DNA of 64,000 nucleotides from Promethearchaeati archaeon SRVP18_Atabeyarchaeia-1. Lineage in GTDB: Archaea; Asgardarchaeota; Atabeyarchaeia; Atabeyarchaeales; Atabeyarchaeaceae. Positions 28,355 through 37,940 of the stretch are shown here, piece after piece; the first letter of the stretch is position 1; every line of letters starts with the position of its first letter. The notes beneath the pieces were generated by a model. That model ran no database searches. It saw only the letters and a program-made list of their open reading frames with translations, and was not told where the DNA came from. The translations under genes and the position numbers were made by a program. The stretch is from positions 1,568,001 to 1,632,000 of the forward strand of contig CP147779.1 of the NCBI GenBank assembly GCA_037308085.1, read 5' to 3'.

Positions 28355-29212
28355 ATGGACCTGAACGTGCTAGTTGAGAAACTGCGGAATTTCGGCTTGG
28401 TCGAAAATGAGGGAAGAGTCTACGTTGCCTTGGTGCTGAAAAGCCCACAGAGGCCCAGTGAGATAGCGTCGGCAAGTGGAGTGGCGCGAGCAGAGGTGCA
28501 TAGGCATCTTCGCGATCTGGAGAAGAAGGGGTTCTGCGTGGTCGTAGGGGAAAGGGGCAAGAAGTACTCCGCCATCAGCCCAAGCGAGGCGCTGGGTTCA
28601 CTTGTTGAACAGGAAGAGGGTAGAAGGCAACAGATGATCAAGAAGAAGGGCGCCTTGATATCTGAATGGAACTCATCCCAGCATCCATTCAGTTCGATGG
28701 AGACGGCGCCAGAGAGGTTCCAAGTCTTGAGAGACGTGCAGATAGCGCTGGAACGTGGAATCAACTTGGCAATTGAATCCAAGAAGACGTGTAGAGTAGC
28801 GCTCCGCATGTCAACCCTGAAAGAGTTCATTTCCTCGGAGATGCTGCAAACCATCGAGTCTTCGGGGGTACTAGACAGGGTATCGCAGAAGAGTGGAGTG
28901 CATTTCCGCGTGCTGCTTATTTCGCCGACAGATGACGTTATTGGCTTAAGAGAGGTTTTCGAGAAGGTCGAACTTTCCGTCAACGCAGAAGTCAGGTGGA
29001 CAACGTCTCCAATGCTTGAATTCTTCCCAGATGCGGTCATCAAAGACGATGACGAACTGTTAATACATACTCCTCCAGTCAGCAAAATGGAGAACGGGGT
29101 TGCAAAGGAAAGAGGCTCGAAAGCAGTTGTAACTAATGTCGCAGCGATGATCGCATCTTTCATCGCCATGTTTGACCAACACTGGGCCAACGCAGAAGAC
29201 TTGCGTCTCTGA
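28355..29212 (+). CDS. TrmB family regulator
   Basis: FGLVENEGRVY wHTH plus C-terminal effector domain. Confidence 0.85.
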   Translation: MDLNVLVEKLRNFGLVENEGRVYVALVLKSPQRPSEIASASGVARAEVHRHLRDLEKKGFCVVVGERGKKYSAISPSEALGSLVEQEEGRRQQMIKKKGALISEWNSSQHPFSSMETAPERFQVLRDVQIALERGINLAIESKKTCRVALRMSTLKEFISSEMLQTIESSGVLDRVSQKSGVHFRVLLISPTDDVIGLREVFEKVELSVNAEVRWTTSPMLEFFPDAVIKDDDELLIHTPPVSKMENGVAKERGSKAVVTNVAAMIASFIAMFDQHWANAEDLRL

Positions 29213-29260
29213 GATTAGGGGTGTAGACCTTTGGATTGCTATTGAGGAGGGAACTTTGAT

Positions 29261-30040
29261 ATGGAAGCAGAAGACTTGGAGAAGGAGCTGGAATACTACG
29301 GCTTGTCTAAGAAGGAGTCAATGATTTATCTGTACCTCCTCATAGGCGGGTCAAAGGAGGTCTCTGAGATATCACACGGACTGTCAATAAACAAAGCTGA
29401 TATCTACAAATACCTTAAGGAGCTTGAGGGAAAAGGAATATGCAAGGAGATACTCATCCACCCCTCAAAATTCGAGGCATCTCCCTTGGAAGAAGCCCTG
29501 AGCTCCTTGATAACGAAGCAGGGCCAAAAAGTGGAATCCCTATCTAGGACCAAGGATGAGATTGTGTCTGCTGTGGGCGTAATCTTCCCGCCGACCTCTG
29601 AACCGAAATTCCAGATCCTGCAGGGAAGAGAGCCGACAACCAACAAAATCAGGCGAATCAGAAGGAGCTCCATTGACGCGATGATCTATGTGCGTGAAAG
29701 AACGTTGATGTTTCTCCATATGCTGGGCTTGCTAGATGTGTCACACGTTTCTGAGGGGCTGTCAATTAGAATCTTGTCAAAGTTGACGCCCAAGACAATG
29801 GAGATAGTGAAAGAGTATAAGCACTGCAAGTTCAGGAATATTCGTGAAGAAGCGGACTCTAACCTGCCTGAATTTGCCGTCTTCGACAAGAAGGAGGTTC
29901 TCGTGGCGCTTTCCGTAAGCGACAGAAGCGCCATAATCGATAAGGATGAACTGGCAATGTGGACAGACAGCGAAGCGCCAGTTTCGCTGGTTGTAGCTCT
30001 GTTTGAGAAGATGTGGACCGACGCCGAGGAACCAAAGTAA
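29261..30040 (+). CDS. TrmB family regulator
   Basis: YGLSKKESMIY wHTH; FDKKEV...FEKMW. Confidence 0.85.
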   Translation: MEAEDLEKELEYYGLSKKESMIYLYLLIGGSKEVSEISHGLSINKADIYKYLKELEGKGICKEILIHPSKFEASPLEEALSSLITKQGQKVESLSRTKDEIVSAVGVIFPPTSEPKFQILQGREPTTNKIRRIRRSSIDAMIYVRERTLMFLHMLGLLDVSHVSEGLSIRILSKLTPKTMEIVKEYKHCKFRNIREEADSNLPEFAVFDKKEVLVALSVSDRSAIIDKDELAMWTDSEAPVSLVVALFEKMWTDAEEPK

Positions 30041-30088
30041 CTGAAGCAAGCCAAGTCACAGGCAGACGATGGTCCCCGTATCCTTCGC

Positions 30089-31537
30089 CTATCCTTCGGG
30101 CTTGATTTCTGAAGATTGACTGTCAAATCTCCATTTCGGCCCTTTCGACGTATCTTCGACCATTATTCCCATATTCTTCAGCTGGTCTCTTATCTCGTCA
30201 GCCTTTCCCCAATTTCCATTCTTTCTGGCCTCTTCTCTCTCCTTGATTAGGTTGGCGGCTCGCTCCGATAGTCCTTCCACCTTTTCCGTGGTTCCGCCAC
30301 TGATTTTGGACAGTCCGATAATCGCGGCAAGCTTCCTGATTTCCTCAATTATGTTCTCCAGCGATTCTCTTCTAGCATTGGAAGATAGAGCCTTGTTTCC
30401 GAGCTTAGCAAGATCCTGCAAGGCGACAATAGCTTGAGGGGTATTGAAGTCGTTATCCATTGCTTCGAGGAACTTGGTCTCGATTAGGGAAACCTGACCT
30501 CTGTAGTCTTGGCCCGTTTCAGGCTCGTCTTCTGCGGCGCTCTTTATTTGCCTCTCGAGTTCGACCACGGTATTCCTGAGCCTAGCTAGATTCTTTTCTG
30601 CTTGCTCAAGAACCTCTTCGCTGAAATCGATTGGGCTGCTGTAGTGAGTTGAGACAACGAACAATCTGAAAACGTCTGGATCCCATTCCTCTAGAAGATC
30701 CCTGATTGTGATGAAGTTGCCCAGCGACTTCGACATCTTTTCTCCAGCCACGTTGAGGAAACCGGTGTGCAGCCAGTATTTCACGAAGGGCGCCTTTCCA
30801 GTTGCGGCCTCGGACTGGGCAATCTCATTCTCGTGATGCGGGAAGACCAGATCCTTCGCGCCGCCATGAATGTCGAGCCTCTCCCCAAGGTACTTCATCG
30901 ACATGGCTGAGCACTCGATATGCCACCCGGGGCGACCTGGTCCCCAGGGGCTGTCGAAGGACGGTTCTCCTTCCTTTGCTCTCTTCCAGAGGGCAAAATC
31001 AGCAGGATCCTTTTTCCTTTCATCCACCTCGACGCGCGCCCCAGCCAAGATCTGCTTAGGAGACTGATGAGAAAGAGCCCCATACTTCGGGAACTTTCTC
31101 ACAGAGAAATACACGTCGCCATCGACCGCGTAGGCGTATCCCCGCCTTATGAGTCTAGCCACTAACCTCACTATGTCTTCCATGTGTTCGGTTACACGCG
31201 GATAGACGTTGGCTCTCTCAATTCCAAGTGCATCAAGATCCTTGGAAGCTTCTGCTGCGAGTCTGGACGCTAGCTTCATAGGGTCGACCCCCTGTTGCTT
31301 AGCCTTCGCAATGATCTTATCCTCAACATCGGTAATATTCTGAACATGAATGACCTCGAAGCCCCTGAACTTCAGATAACGCTTGATCACATCAAAAGCG
31401 ATGTATGTTCTGGCATGACCAATATGGGCATAGTCTTGAGGCGTTAAGCCGCAGACATACATTTTCACTTTGTTGCCTTCGATTGGCTTGAACTCTTCCA
31501 GCTTCTCTGTCAAGTTGTTATAGACTTTAAGAACCAA
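30089..31537 (-). CDS. cysS: Cysteinyl-tRNA synthetase
   Basis: MYVCG, HIGH, GRPGWHIECSAM, KMSKS; TTG start after AGGAG. Confidence 0.97.
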   Translation of the reverse strand: MVLKVYNNLTEKLEEFKPIEGNKVKMYVCGLTPQDYAHIGHARTYIAFDVIKRYLKFRGFEVIHVQNITDVEDKIIAKAKQQGVDPMKLASRLAAEASKDLDALGIERANVYPRVTEHMEDIVRLVARLIRRGYAYAVDGDVYFSVRKFPKYGALSHQSPKQILAGARVEVDERKKDPADFALWKRAKEGEPSFDSPWGPGRPGWHIECSAMSMKYLGERLDIHGGAKDLVFPHHENEIAQSEAATGKAPFVKYWLHTGFLNVAGEKMSKSLGNFITIRDLLEEWDPDVFRLFVVSTHYSSPIDFSEEVLEQAEKNLARLRNTVVELERQIKSAAEDEPETGQDYRGQVSLIETKFLEAMDNDFNTPQAIVALQDLAKLGNKALSSNARRESLENIIEEIRKLAAIIGLSKISGGTTEKVEGLSERAANLIKEREEARKNGNWGKADEIRDQLKNMGIMVEDTSKGPKWRFDSQSSEIKPEG

Positions 31538-31737
31538 GTTTGAATCGCACTCCTGGCGCCGCCAATGACGAACAGTGCTGTGCCTAGCCCTCGCTGGAGT
31601 TGAGAATATCCGCCTATTCTTTAATGAATCTTTGGGCACCTCATAGTGCTGGACTGGACATCAGAATGCTGGATCTGCCAAGGGTCAAGAAATCTATGCT
31701 CGACACCGTGCGAGAGTGAACTCCACCAGCAACAAAG

Positions 31738-31895
31738 TGGAGGGGAGTAGGGGAATCTCACCCAGGAGATAGAAACCCCCGGGGAATCGAACCCCTGTCG
31801 CGGACTATCCACGGTGTGGGTACTGCAGGCCTTAGAGTAAGCTTGGCTAGGTCAGCCAGAAGCTCATCGCCCCTAAGCCACTCGGACAACTCCCC
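31738..31895 (-). tRNA. tRNA-Cys(GCA) with three introns (31832-31867, 31807-31822, 31755-31785)
   Basis: Removing the introns gives a 75-nt cloverleaf GGGGAGT...CGGGC-CTGCAGA-GTCCG...AGGGG-TTCGATT-CCCCT-ACTCCCC-T-CCA; U73 discriminator; upstream of cysS. Confidence 0.85.
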
Positions 31896-32178
31896 ACAAT
31901 TTGCACGTGACTGCAACACTGGTTTTTTCTCTATGACTACCATTGATCAACACACATCCTCATATTATCGTTTTCGGTTCCTCGAAATTCACTTTGATTC
32001 TCAGACCGATTGGCGGCAGTCTCCGCTAATGGAAGTGGCTGCTGGTCTTGTTCAGATCACATTGGCAGGAATCGGGAAAGAATTGGAGAATCGTTGGACA
32101 AGACTGTCAGTAGAGAAAGGTTAATGTTCTCTGGAAAGCATTTCAGAATCTTGCAACCATATTGTCGGAGGGGAGCAA

Positions 32179-32334
32179 ATGGGTAAGCATTATGCAACAT
32201 GCCCAAGCTGTGGGTTCAAGGTGCACATAAGCTATTATTCAAAATCGATGAGCGAAGGAATGATTCCATCTGGGAAATGCGAGAAATGTGGGAAAAGGAT
32301 CTACACTACGGTTTTTTGGGAGGAAGAAGACTAG
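32179..32334 (+). CDS. 51-aa CPxCG zinc-ribbon microprotein
   Basis: MGKHYATCPSCGF...GKCEKCGKRI; GGAGGGGAG SD; below the ORF-track cutoff. Confidence 0.75.
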   Translation: MGKHYATCPSCGFKVHISYYSKSMSEGMIPSGKCEKCGKRIYTTVFWEEED

Positions 32335-32369
32335 CAGGCTGAAGCAGGCAGAGAATTGGCCAACGCTTC

Positions 32370-33743
32370 TCATTCTTTCTTAACTTGGTAGCCTGCTTTT
32401 CTCCATGCCATCATCCCACCTAGTACGTTTGTGACATTTTCGTATCCATTCATCTTCAGTACGCTACTAGCGACGCTAGTCTTGAAGCCAGAGTCACATA
32501 CGATGCAGATCTGCCTGTTTTTCGGTATGTCATTTAGTCTCTCCTTTGTATAGCCAACGTATACGTGATGAGCTCCCTCGATGTAGCCATCTTCTTCCCA
32601 GCTAGCATCATCTCTGACGTCAAGAAGGTAGAGAGACTTATCGTCAATCCTTGCCTTGAGATCGTGGGCTGTCCACTCTCTGGTCGTATCCACCTTCTCA
32701 GCGCTCTTGTACCAGGTTGGGAAGCTCTTGGCAAGATAGCCAACGATGTTGTCATAACCAAGTCTGACAAGGTACCTGACAATCTCATCCAGGTTCTGAT
32801 CGCTTTCCCTTATCAGGATAATTGGCTTATCGTAGCTCAAGACCCATCCAGCGAAAACGGGCAGACCGTCTTTCCATATGTTTATGCTGCCCGGAATGTG
32901 TCCGCCTGCGTAGCTTGTGGGCATCCTTGTGTCAAGGATCTGTGCCCCGCGTTTCATTTGCTCCTTGAATTCCTTCACCGCGAGGGCTCTTGGATATGGC
33001 AGTCCTCGGAGAAGAGGCGCCCCGTCTTTGTTGTACTTCTCCATTCTTGTGAAGTAGGGAGGTCTATCCAGTTTTTCCCTCATCTTGTACTCGATGAAGT
33101 CTGTCTTAGCACTCTTCTTCAGAACACGGTTGTTCTTCTTCTCGAAGCCTATAGTCGTGAACTCAAGATTCGCGATATCCCGGCCGCAAACGGAGCCAGC
33201 ACCATGCGCTGGACAAACTATGACTTCGTCGCCCAGTTGGAGGATCTTGTCGAATAGACTGTCATACATGGCTCCAGAGAGCCTCCTTCTGTCTTTCTCC
33301 CCATAGAGATCTGTTCTGCCCACTTCTCCTGCAAAAAGTGTGTCACCCGTAAAAACCATGTGTGGATCTCCTGACACTTCCTTGTCCTTCAATGTGATGG
33401 AGATGCTTTCATCCGTATGTCCAGGTGTTTCATGGATCTCCAGCTCAAGAGTGCCGACATTGAACTTGTCTCCTTCCTGGACTTTCATGCCATACGAGAA
33501 ATCTCTCTTTGCCCCGTGATATATATCCGCCCCGACCCTGCTTGACAGCTCCACTGACCCTACTACAAAGTCCTCGTTCAGATGCGTTTCGAATATGCGT
33601 GTGATATTGACTTCTTGTTTCTTGGCTATTTGGAGGTAGATGCTGCAATCTCTGCGGGGATCTATTACAGTAGCTTCTAGACCAGATCCAATGAAATAGG
33701 AATTATGGGCAATTCCTTCAGATTTCACTTTCTCGAAGATCAC
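32370..33743 (-). CDS. MBL-fold protein with two rhodanese domains
   Basis: ETHLNEDF, TPGHT, TGDTLF, PAHGAGSVCG, C-terminal CDSGFK. Confidence 0.9.
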   Translation of the reverse strand: MIFEKVKSEGIAHNSYFIGSGLEATVIDPRRDCSIYLQIAKKQEVNITRIFETHLNEDFVVGSVELSSRVGADIYHGAKRDFSYGMKVQEGDKFNVGTLELEIHETPGHTDESISITLKDKEVSGDPHMVFTGDTLFAGEVGRTDLYGEKDRRRLSGAMYDSLFDKILQLGDEVIVCPAHGAGSVCGRDIANLEFTTIGFEKKNNRVLKKSAKTDFIEYKMREKLDRPPYFTRMEKYNKDGAPLLRGLPYPRALAVKEFKEQMKRGAQILDTRMPTSYAGGHIPGSINIWKDGLPVFAGWVLSYDKPIILIRESDQNLDEIVRYLVRLGYDNIVGYLAKSFPTWYKSAEKVDTTREWTAHDLKARIDDKSLYLLDVRDDASWEEDGYIEGAHHVYVGYTKERLNDIPKNRQICIVCDSGFKTSVASSVLKMNGYENVTNVLGGMMAWRKAGYQVKKE

Positions 33744-33771
33744 TTCAGAATCCTCTCCTCATCTTTCTCAC

Positions 33772-34689
33772 TCAGAATTGGCTTTTGCCGGTCAAAGTTG
33801 GGTTATCCCGGTAGGATGTCCATTCGGTGAAGGAACCCTCGAAGATCCTCACCTTGGGATACCCGAAGTACCATTTAAGCAGGAAGAATGGAACCGTTGC
33901 ATGGCGTCCAGTTCCACAAGATAGTATGACGCTCTTGTCTGGGCTTGCACCATGCCTTTCGAAAAGGGTTTTTAGCTCGCTGTCGGACCGCAGTAACCTG
34001 CTGTTCTTCTCATCTACCAGTTCAGTCCAGGGTAGGTTGACCGCGCCGGGAATGTGACCAAGCCTGATCCACGGACCTTCTCCTTCATAGTACTTGGAAG
34101 GGCGCGTGTCTAGATGCAGCACGCCTCCCTGATCCTTTATTCTCTTGAATTCTTCGTACTCAACAAAGAGATCATGGTTGACCTTACCCTTGAATCTGGA
34201 TTCCTTGATTCTGGGGAAGATCTTTGTGAGTTTCCTGCCTTCCTCTTTCCACTTGTCTATACCTCCATCGAGGACATAGATCTTGTCATGGCCAAAACGC
34301 GCCAGCGTGTAGGCAACCATGAACTGCTCCGCGCCGTCTCCTTGGACTTTGAAGGCTCCTGTTCCAGTATAGACGACAATAGGGAGATCGGCCTTGACCC
34401 CGATGTTCCTAAGGATGCTTTGGATACTTTCGAGTGATATATAGCGCGCGGGGAGTCCGCCAAGTGAAGCCCTGAGTATCCTCTCACTCAGGTACGACGC
34501 ACCGGGAATATGCTGCTGGACGTAGTCATACAAATCGGGTTGTGCATCCACGATCATTAATCCGTCGTCATCCAAGTGTTCATCTAGCCAACTAGTCGAA
34601 ACCAGCTTCACGCTAGCCTTGCCAGACGGGCACGGATAGATTCTCTCTGTAATGGCGTCCCACGCTCCCTCATTGATTGAAATCGCCAT
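33772..34689 (-). CDS. Tandem-rhodanese sulfurtransferase
   Basis: HIPGA twice, CGTGRHA, FEGSFTEW. Confidence 0.92.
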   Translation of the reverse strand: MAISINEGAWDAITERIYPCPSGKASVKLVSTSWLDEHLDDDGLMIVDAQPDLYDYVQQHIPGASYLSERILRASLGGLPARYISLESIQSILRNIGVKADLPIVVYTGTGAFKVQGDGAEQFMVAYTLARFGHDKIYVLDGGIDKWKEEGRKLTKIFPRIKESRFKGKVNHDLFVEYEEFKRIKDQGGVLHLDTRPSKYYEGEGPWIRLGHIPGAVNLPWTELVDEKNSRLLRSDSELKTLFERHGASPDKSVILSCGTGRHATVPFFLLKWYFGYPKVRIFEGSFTEWTSYRDNPTLTGKSQF

Positions 34690-34819
34690 GGATATGGTAC
34701 AATAGTCTTTGTTTATGGCTTCCTTAACATGTCTACAAGCATTTTGATGTAGACTAAGTTATATATTCATTTTTGGAAGTAGGTTTGCTCAGCTAGTTAT
34801 GCATGGAGGTTAGAGTGCA

Positions 34820-35503
34820 TTGGCGAGTATTTTTCGAAATATGATGGAGTCGATGTCGGGCGAGACAAACAAATTCCTGCTGATCGGTGAACAAGCTCCC
34901 AGCTTTGAAGCGCAGACAACGTTGGGGAAAGTCAAGTTTCCGGACGACTACAGAGGCAAGTGGATTGTTCTATTCTCTCATCCCGCTGATTTCACACCAG
35001 TCTGTACAACCGAATTCGTAGCATTCCAGAAGAGGTTCGAGCAGTTCGAGGAACTAAATGCCCAATTGATTGGGCTAAGCATCGACCAGATTTTTGCCCA
35101 CATAAAGTGGGTTCAATGGATCAAGGAGAACCTTGAAACAGAAATCAAGTTCCCGGTAATCGCAGACGACAGAGGCAAGATCGCCGAAATGTTCGGAATG
35201 ATACATCCTGCAAAGGCAACCAACACGGTCAGGGCAGTATTCATCATAGACCCCCAAGGCATCGTTAGACTGATTATCTACTATCCACAAGAAGTCGGGC
35301 GCAACTTCGACGAGATACTCAGAGTCCTGAGGGCACTGCAGACAGTTGATGAAAACAAAGTCTCCACGCCCGCGAACTGGCCAAACAACGAACTGATTGG
35401 CGACGAAGTCATAATTCCCCCACCAAAGGATGTCGCGTCTGCCGAGAAGAGAAAGGATGAATACGAGTGCTACGATTGGTGGTTCTGTCACAAGAAGCTG
35501 TAG
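34820..35503 (+). CDS. Peroxiredoxin (archaeal Prx6-type)
   Basis: [12 protein letters not shown]; C-terminal CYDWWFC. Confidence 0.95.
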   Translation: MASIFRNMMESMSGETNKFLLIGEQAPSFEAQTTLGKVKFPDDYRGKWIVLFSHPADFTPVCTTEFVAFQKRFEQFEELNAQLIGLSIDQIFAHIKWVQWIKENLETEIKFPVIADDRGKIAEMFGMIHPAKATNTVRAVFIIDPQGIVRLIIYYPQEVGRNFDEILRVLRALQTVDENKVSTPANWPNNELIGDEVIIPPPKDVASAEKRKDEYECYDWWFCHKKL

Positions 35504-35631
35504 GCCGGTTGCCTAGAATTCGCAGAAACAGACCGCTAAGCTCAAAGCCCTCGTTTCTCTACGGAGCATGTGGCGCGTGCGGCCCTCCCTCCTTTTATTT
35601 CTTTATTCTGTATAGTATCTGGGGTGGTTGA

Positions 35632-36312
35632 ATGCTTGGTTTCGATTCTCACTTTGCAGTGAAGATGCCGGGTCTAAGGGTCACTGCTCTGAAGGTAGCT
35701 GTTGAGAAGGTAGAAGACAGAAATGTAGGACTCGAGGAGCTGAAGATAGCTGTTGCCGAAGAAGTGAGATCCAAGTACTCACTGGAATCGGTCAAGGACG
35801 TCAAGGTATTCAGGTTCTATAGAGACTTCTTTTGGAGGTTGGGAATAGATCCCACCAAAGTAAGACCAGCATCAGAGGCTCTGATTAGAAGGATCCTTCA
35901 GGGTGGATCGATCCCAACGATAAACACTGCCGTCGACGCCATCAATATATCATCCATCCAGACTGAGATAGTGGTCGACGCTTTTGATGTGGCGAAGATT
36001 AGCGGCGAGGCGAAGATCAGGTTCGCATCTAGAGGCGATAGGTTTCTTGGAATTGGAATGGCGCGCGAACTGACAATGACTGGCGGAGAGATAGTGATTT
36101 CGGACGACCTTGGCCCAATTGCCATCTACCCTCATAGAGACTCAGTGAGAACTGGAGTGTCTCTGCAAACCAAGGCGATGCTTACAGTGATGTGCGGCGT
36201 GCCTGGAATAGGGGAGGAGATGCTAGCTGATGCAGCAAAGGTCGTCTCCAGGATGGTGACAAGGTTCTGCGAAGGTATGAACATTGGTCAGTCGATGTCC
36301 CTTCCAAAATAG
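35632..36312 (+). CDS. Stand-alone B3/4 domain protein
   Basis: GIDPTKVRPASEALIRR, INTAVD. Confidence 0.9.
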   Translation: MLGFDSHFAVKMPGLRVTALKVAVEKVEDRNVGLEELKIAVAEEVRSKYSLESVKDVKVFRFYRDFFWRLGIDPTKVRPASEALIRRILQGGSIPTINTAVDAINISSIQTEIVVDAFDVAKISGEAKIRFASRGDRFLGIGMARELTMTGGEIVISDDLGPIAIYPHRDSVRTGVSLQTKAMLTVMCGVPGIGEEMLADAAKVVSRMVTRFCEGMNIGQSMSLPK

Positions 36313-36376
36313 GTCAGTTTCCGCTAATTCAACCCCCATATGTCGATTCTTTAGTCAGCAGCTAGGAAAACGTTAC

Positions 36377-36608
36377 AAACGCGGGCCAGAAAGCCCACGC
36401 CCTTCAGGGGTGGGGTGAATGGCGGGTTCAAATACGGGAAGATGTACCCGTCCGAGCATAGGTACGGTGCGTGCCGAATCTACGCCTGTGGAGATCGAAG
36501 CCGCTACCCCGGCGTCCTTGGAATACCTTAACGGCATTCCACACGCCAAGGCAAGCTTGGTCCATGAACCAGGAAGCCAACACCCCCTTCAAGGGGTTGG
36601 CAGCTCAC
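36377..36608 (+). mobile_element. Non-autonomous IS200/IS605 derivative retaining both ends and a tnpB 3'/omegaRNA segment
   Basis: TTAC|...AAAG-CCCACGCCC-TTCA-GGGGTGGG left end; GGAAGCCAACACCCCCTTCAAGGGGTTGGCAGCTCAC right end, nearly identical to 7027-7061. Confidence 0.85.
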
Positions 36609-36644
36609 ATCCTGATACGGCGAGTTGACAAGCAAAACAAGGGA

Positions 36645-36848
36645 TTGCTTTTGAAGGTCCTGATTGTAGTTGCTCTGGTAGTCTTTGTTGCACTTGGGGT
36701 ATGGGGAATGACGCTTCCAGCAGATGCTTCGATCTTCACGCTGGTCTACGCGCTGTGCGGTTTGCCCTACCTCCTGCTTTTGGTCTACGTTCCCTACAGG
36801 TATAGAAAAGGAATTTATGCGCTAGGCGAGACAGGAAGGAAGAAGTAG
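36645..36848 (+). CDS. Small two-TM hypothetical protein
   Basis: Hydrophobic 3' half of ORF 36471-36848; start uncertain. Confidence 0.45.
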   Translation: MLLKVLIVVALVVFVALGVWGMTLPADASIFTLVYALCGLPYLLLLVYVPYRYRKGIYALGETGRKK

Positions 36849-37200
36849 ATTCATGCTGTGGTAGCAGTGCCGACAGGATTCCGCTTTCCTCCTTTTTCTT
36901 ATATAGCCATCCCTAGTTGAACCACATCATGCTGCACATGAACCGCATTTTCTCGGAAAGGCAGGGCTTCCGAATCCAAACTTCCGTTATGGAAAGGCTT
37001 TTATTTGATCATCTGATTATCTAATGCGATACTGCTCTGGGCGGGAGCAGCTTGCGCCTTCTCCTGCTCAGATTAGTAGCGTCAAAGCTGAACATACACC
37101 AGTTAAATTACCTTGAAGAATACGTCTGCATACGTCTATCAGGAGACGGGTACGTCTCCTGCATGCAAGGCCGTGGTCGCCTAGTGTGGAGGAAGCAAGC

Positions 37201-37896
37201 ATGTCAGATAATTATCTAGTTGAGGCGCGAGGACTTAATAAGAAATACAGGATGGGAAAAACCGAGGTTAACGCACTCAGAGGCGTTGACATAAAGGTGT
37301 CTCCTGGCGAGTTCGTGGCAGTTATGGGCGTCTCTGGGAGCGGTAAATCAACCTTGCTGCACCTCTTGGGGGGGCTCGACCGCCCCAGCACGGGCTCCAT
37401 AAGGATCGATGGCGTGGACCTGTCAACTCTTAAGGACAGCCAGCTAGCGGATATTAGGTCAAGGAAAATCGGTTTCGTCTTCCAGTTCTTCAATCTGCTG
37501 ACAAGGTTGACTGCATTGAGAAATGTCCGGCTTCCGGCAGAAATCGCAGGCGCTTCAGCCAAACAGGCTGAGAAACAGGCGTTGGAGATGCTGAAACTTG
37601 TTGGACTTGGCGACAGGGCGAACCATCGCCCAACTGAGATGAGCGGTGGTGAGCAGCAACGCGTCGCCATAGCTCGCGCGCTCATAAACAAGCCAAAAAT
37701 CATCCTGGCAGACGAGCCAACGGGAAATCTTGATACGAAGACAGGTCTGGAAATACTGAAGTTACTAAAGCGAATAAACAAGGAAAACGGGCAAGCGCTA
37801 GTCGTCGTGTCGCACGATCTGCGCGTAGGCGAACTCGCGGACAGGACAATCCACTTGCAGGATGGGCGTATCGTAAGCGAAAAAGCAGCCACGTAG
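37201..37896 (+). CDS. LolD/MacB-type ABC ATPase
   Basis: GVSGSGKS, MSGGEQQRV, ADEPTGNLD. Confidence 0.95.
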   Translation: MSDNYLVEARGLNKKYRMGKTEVNALRGVDIKVSPGEFVAVMGVSGSGKSTLLHLLGGLDRPSTGSIRIDGVDLSTLKDSQLADIRSRKIGFVFQFFNLLTRLTALRNVRLPAEIAGASAKQAEKQALEMLKLVGLGDRANHRPTEMSGGEQQRVAIARALINKPKIILADEPTGNLDTKTGLEILKLLKRINKENGQALVVVSHDLRVGELADRTIHLQDGRIVSEKAAT

Positions 37897-37940
37897 AGTT
37901 GCACCGAACAAGTGCGAGAAGCATAGGAAAGTGTTGAGCT

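Noticed and set aside
28420-29190. Long antisense ORFs (this one, 37212-37904, 38432-39145, 48229-48975, 50237-50980)
   Set aside because: Shadows of well-supported genes on the opposite strand; no motifs.
31797-31822. Long variable arm implying tRNA-Ser/Leu/Sec
   Set aside because: No anticodon stem forms under that reading; the three-intron Cys model gives all stems plus U73.
36419-36848. ORFs 36419-36628 and 36471-36848 as full genes
   Set aside because: Their 5' parts run through the mini-IS scaffold.
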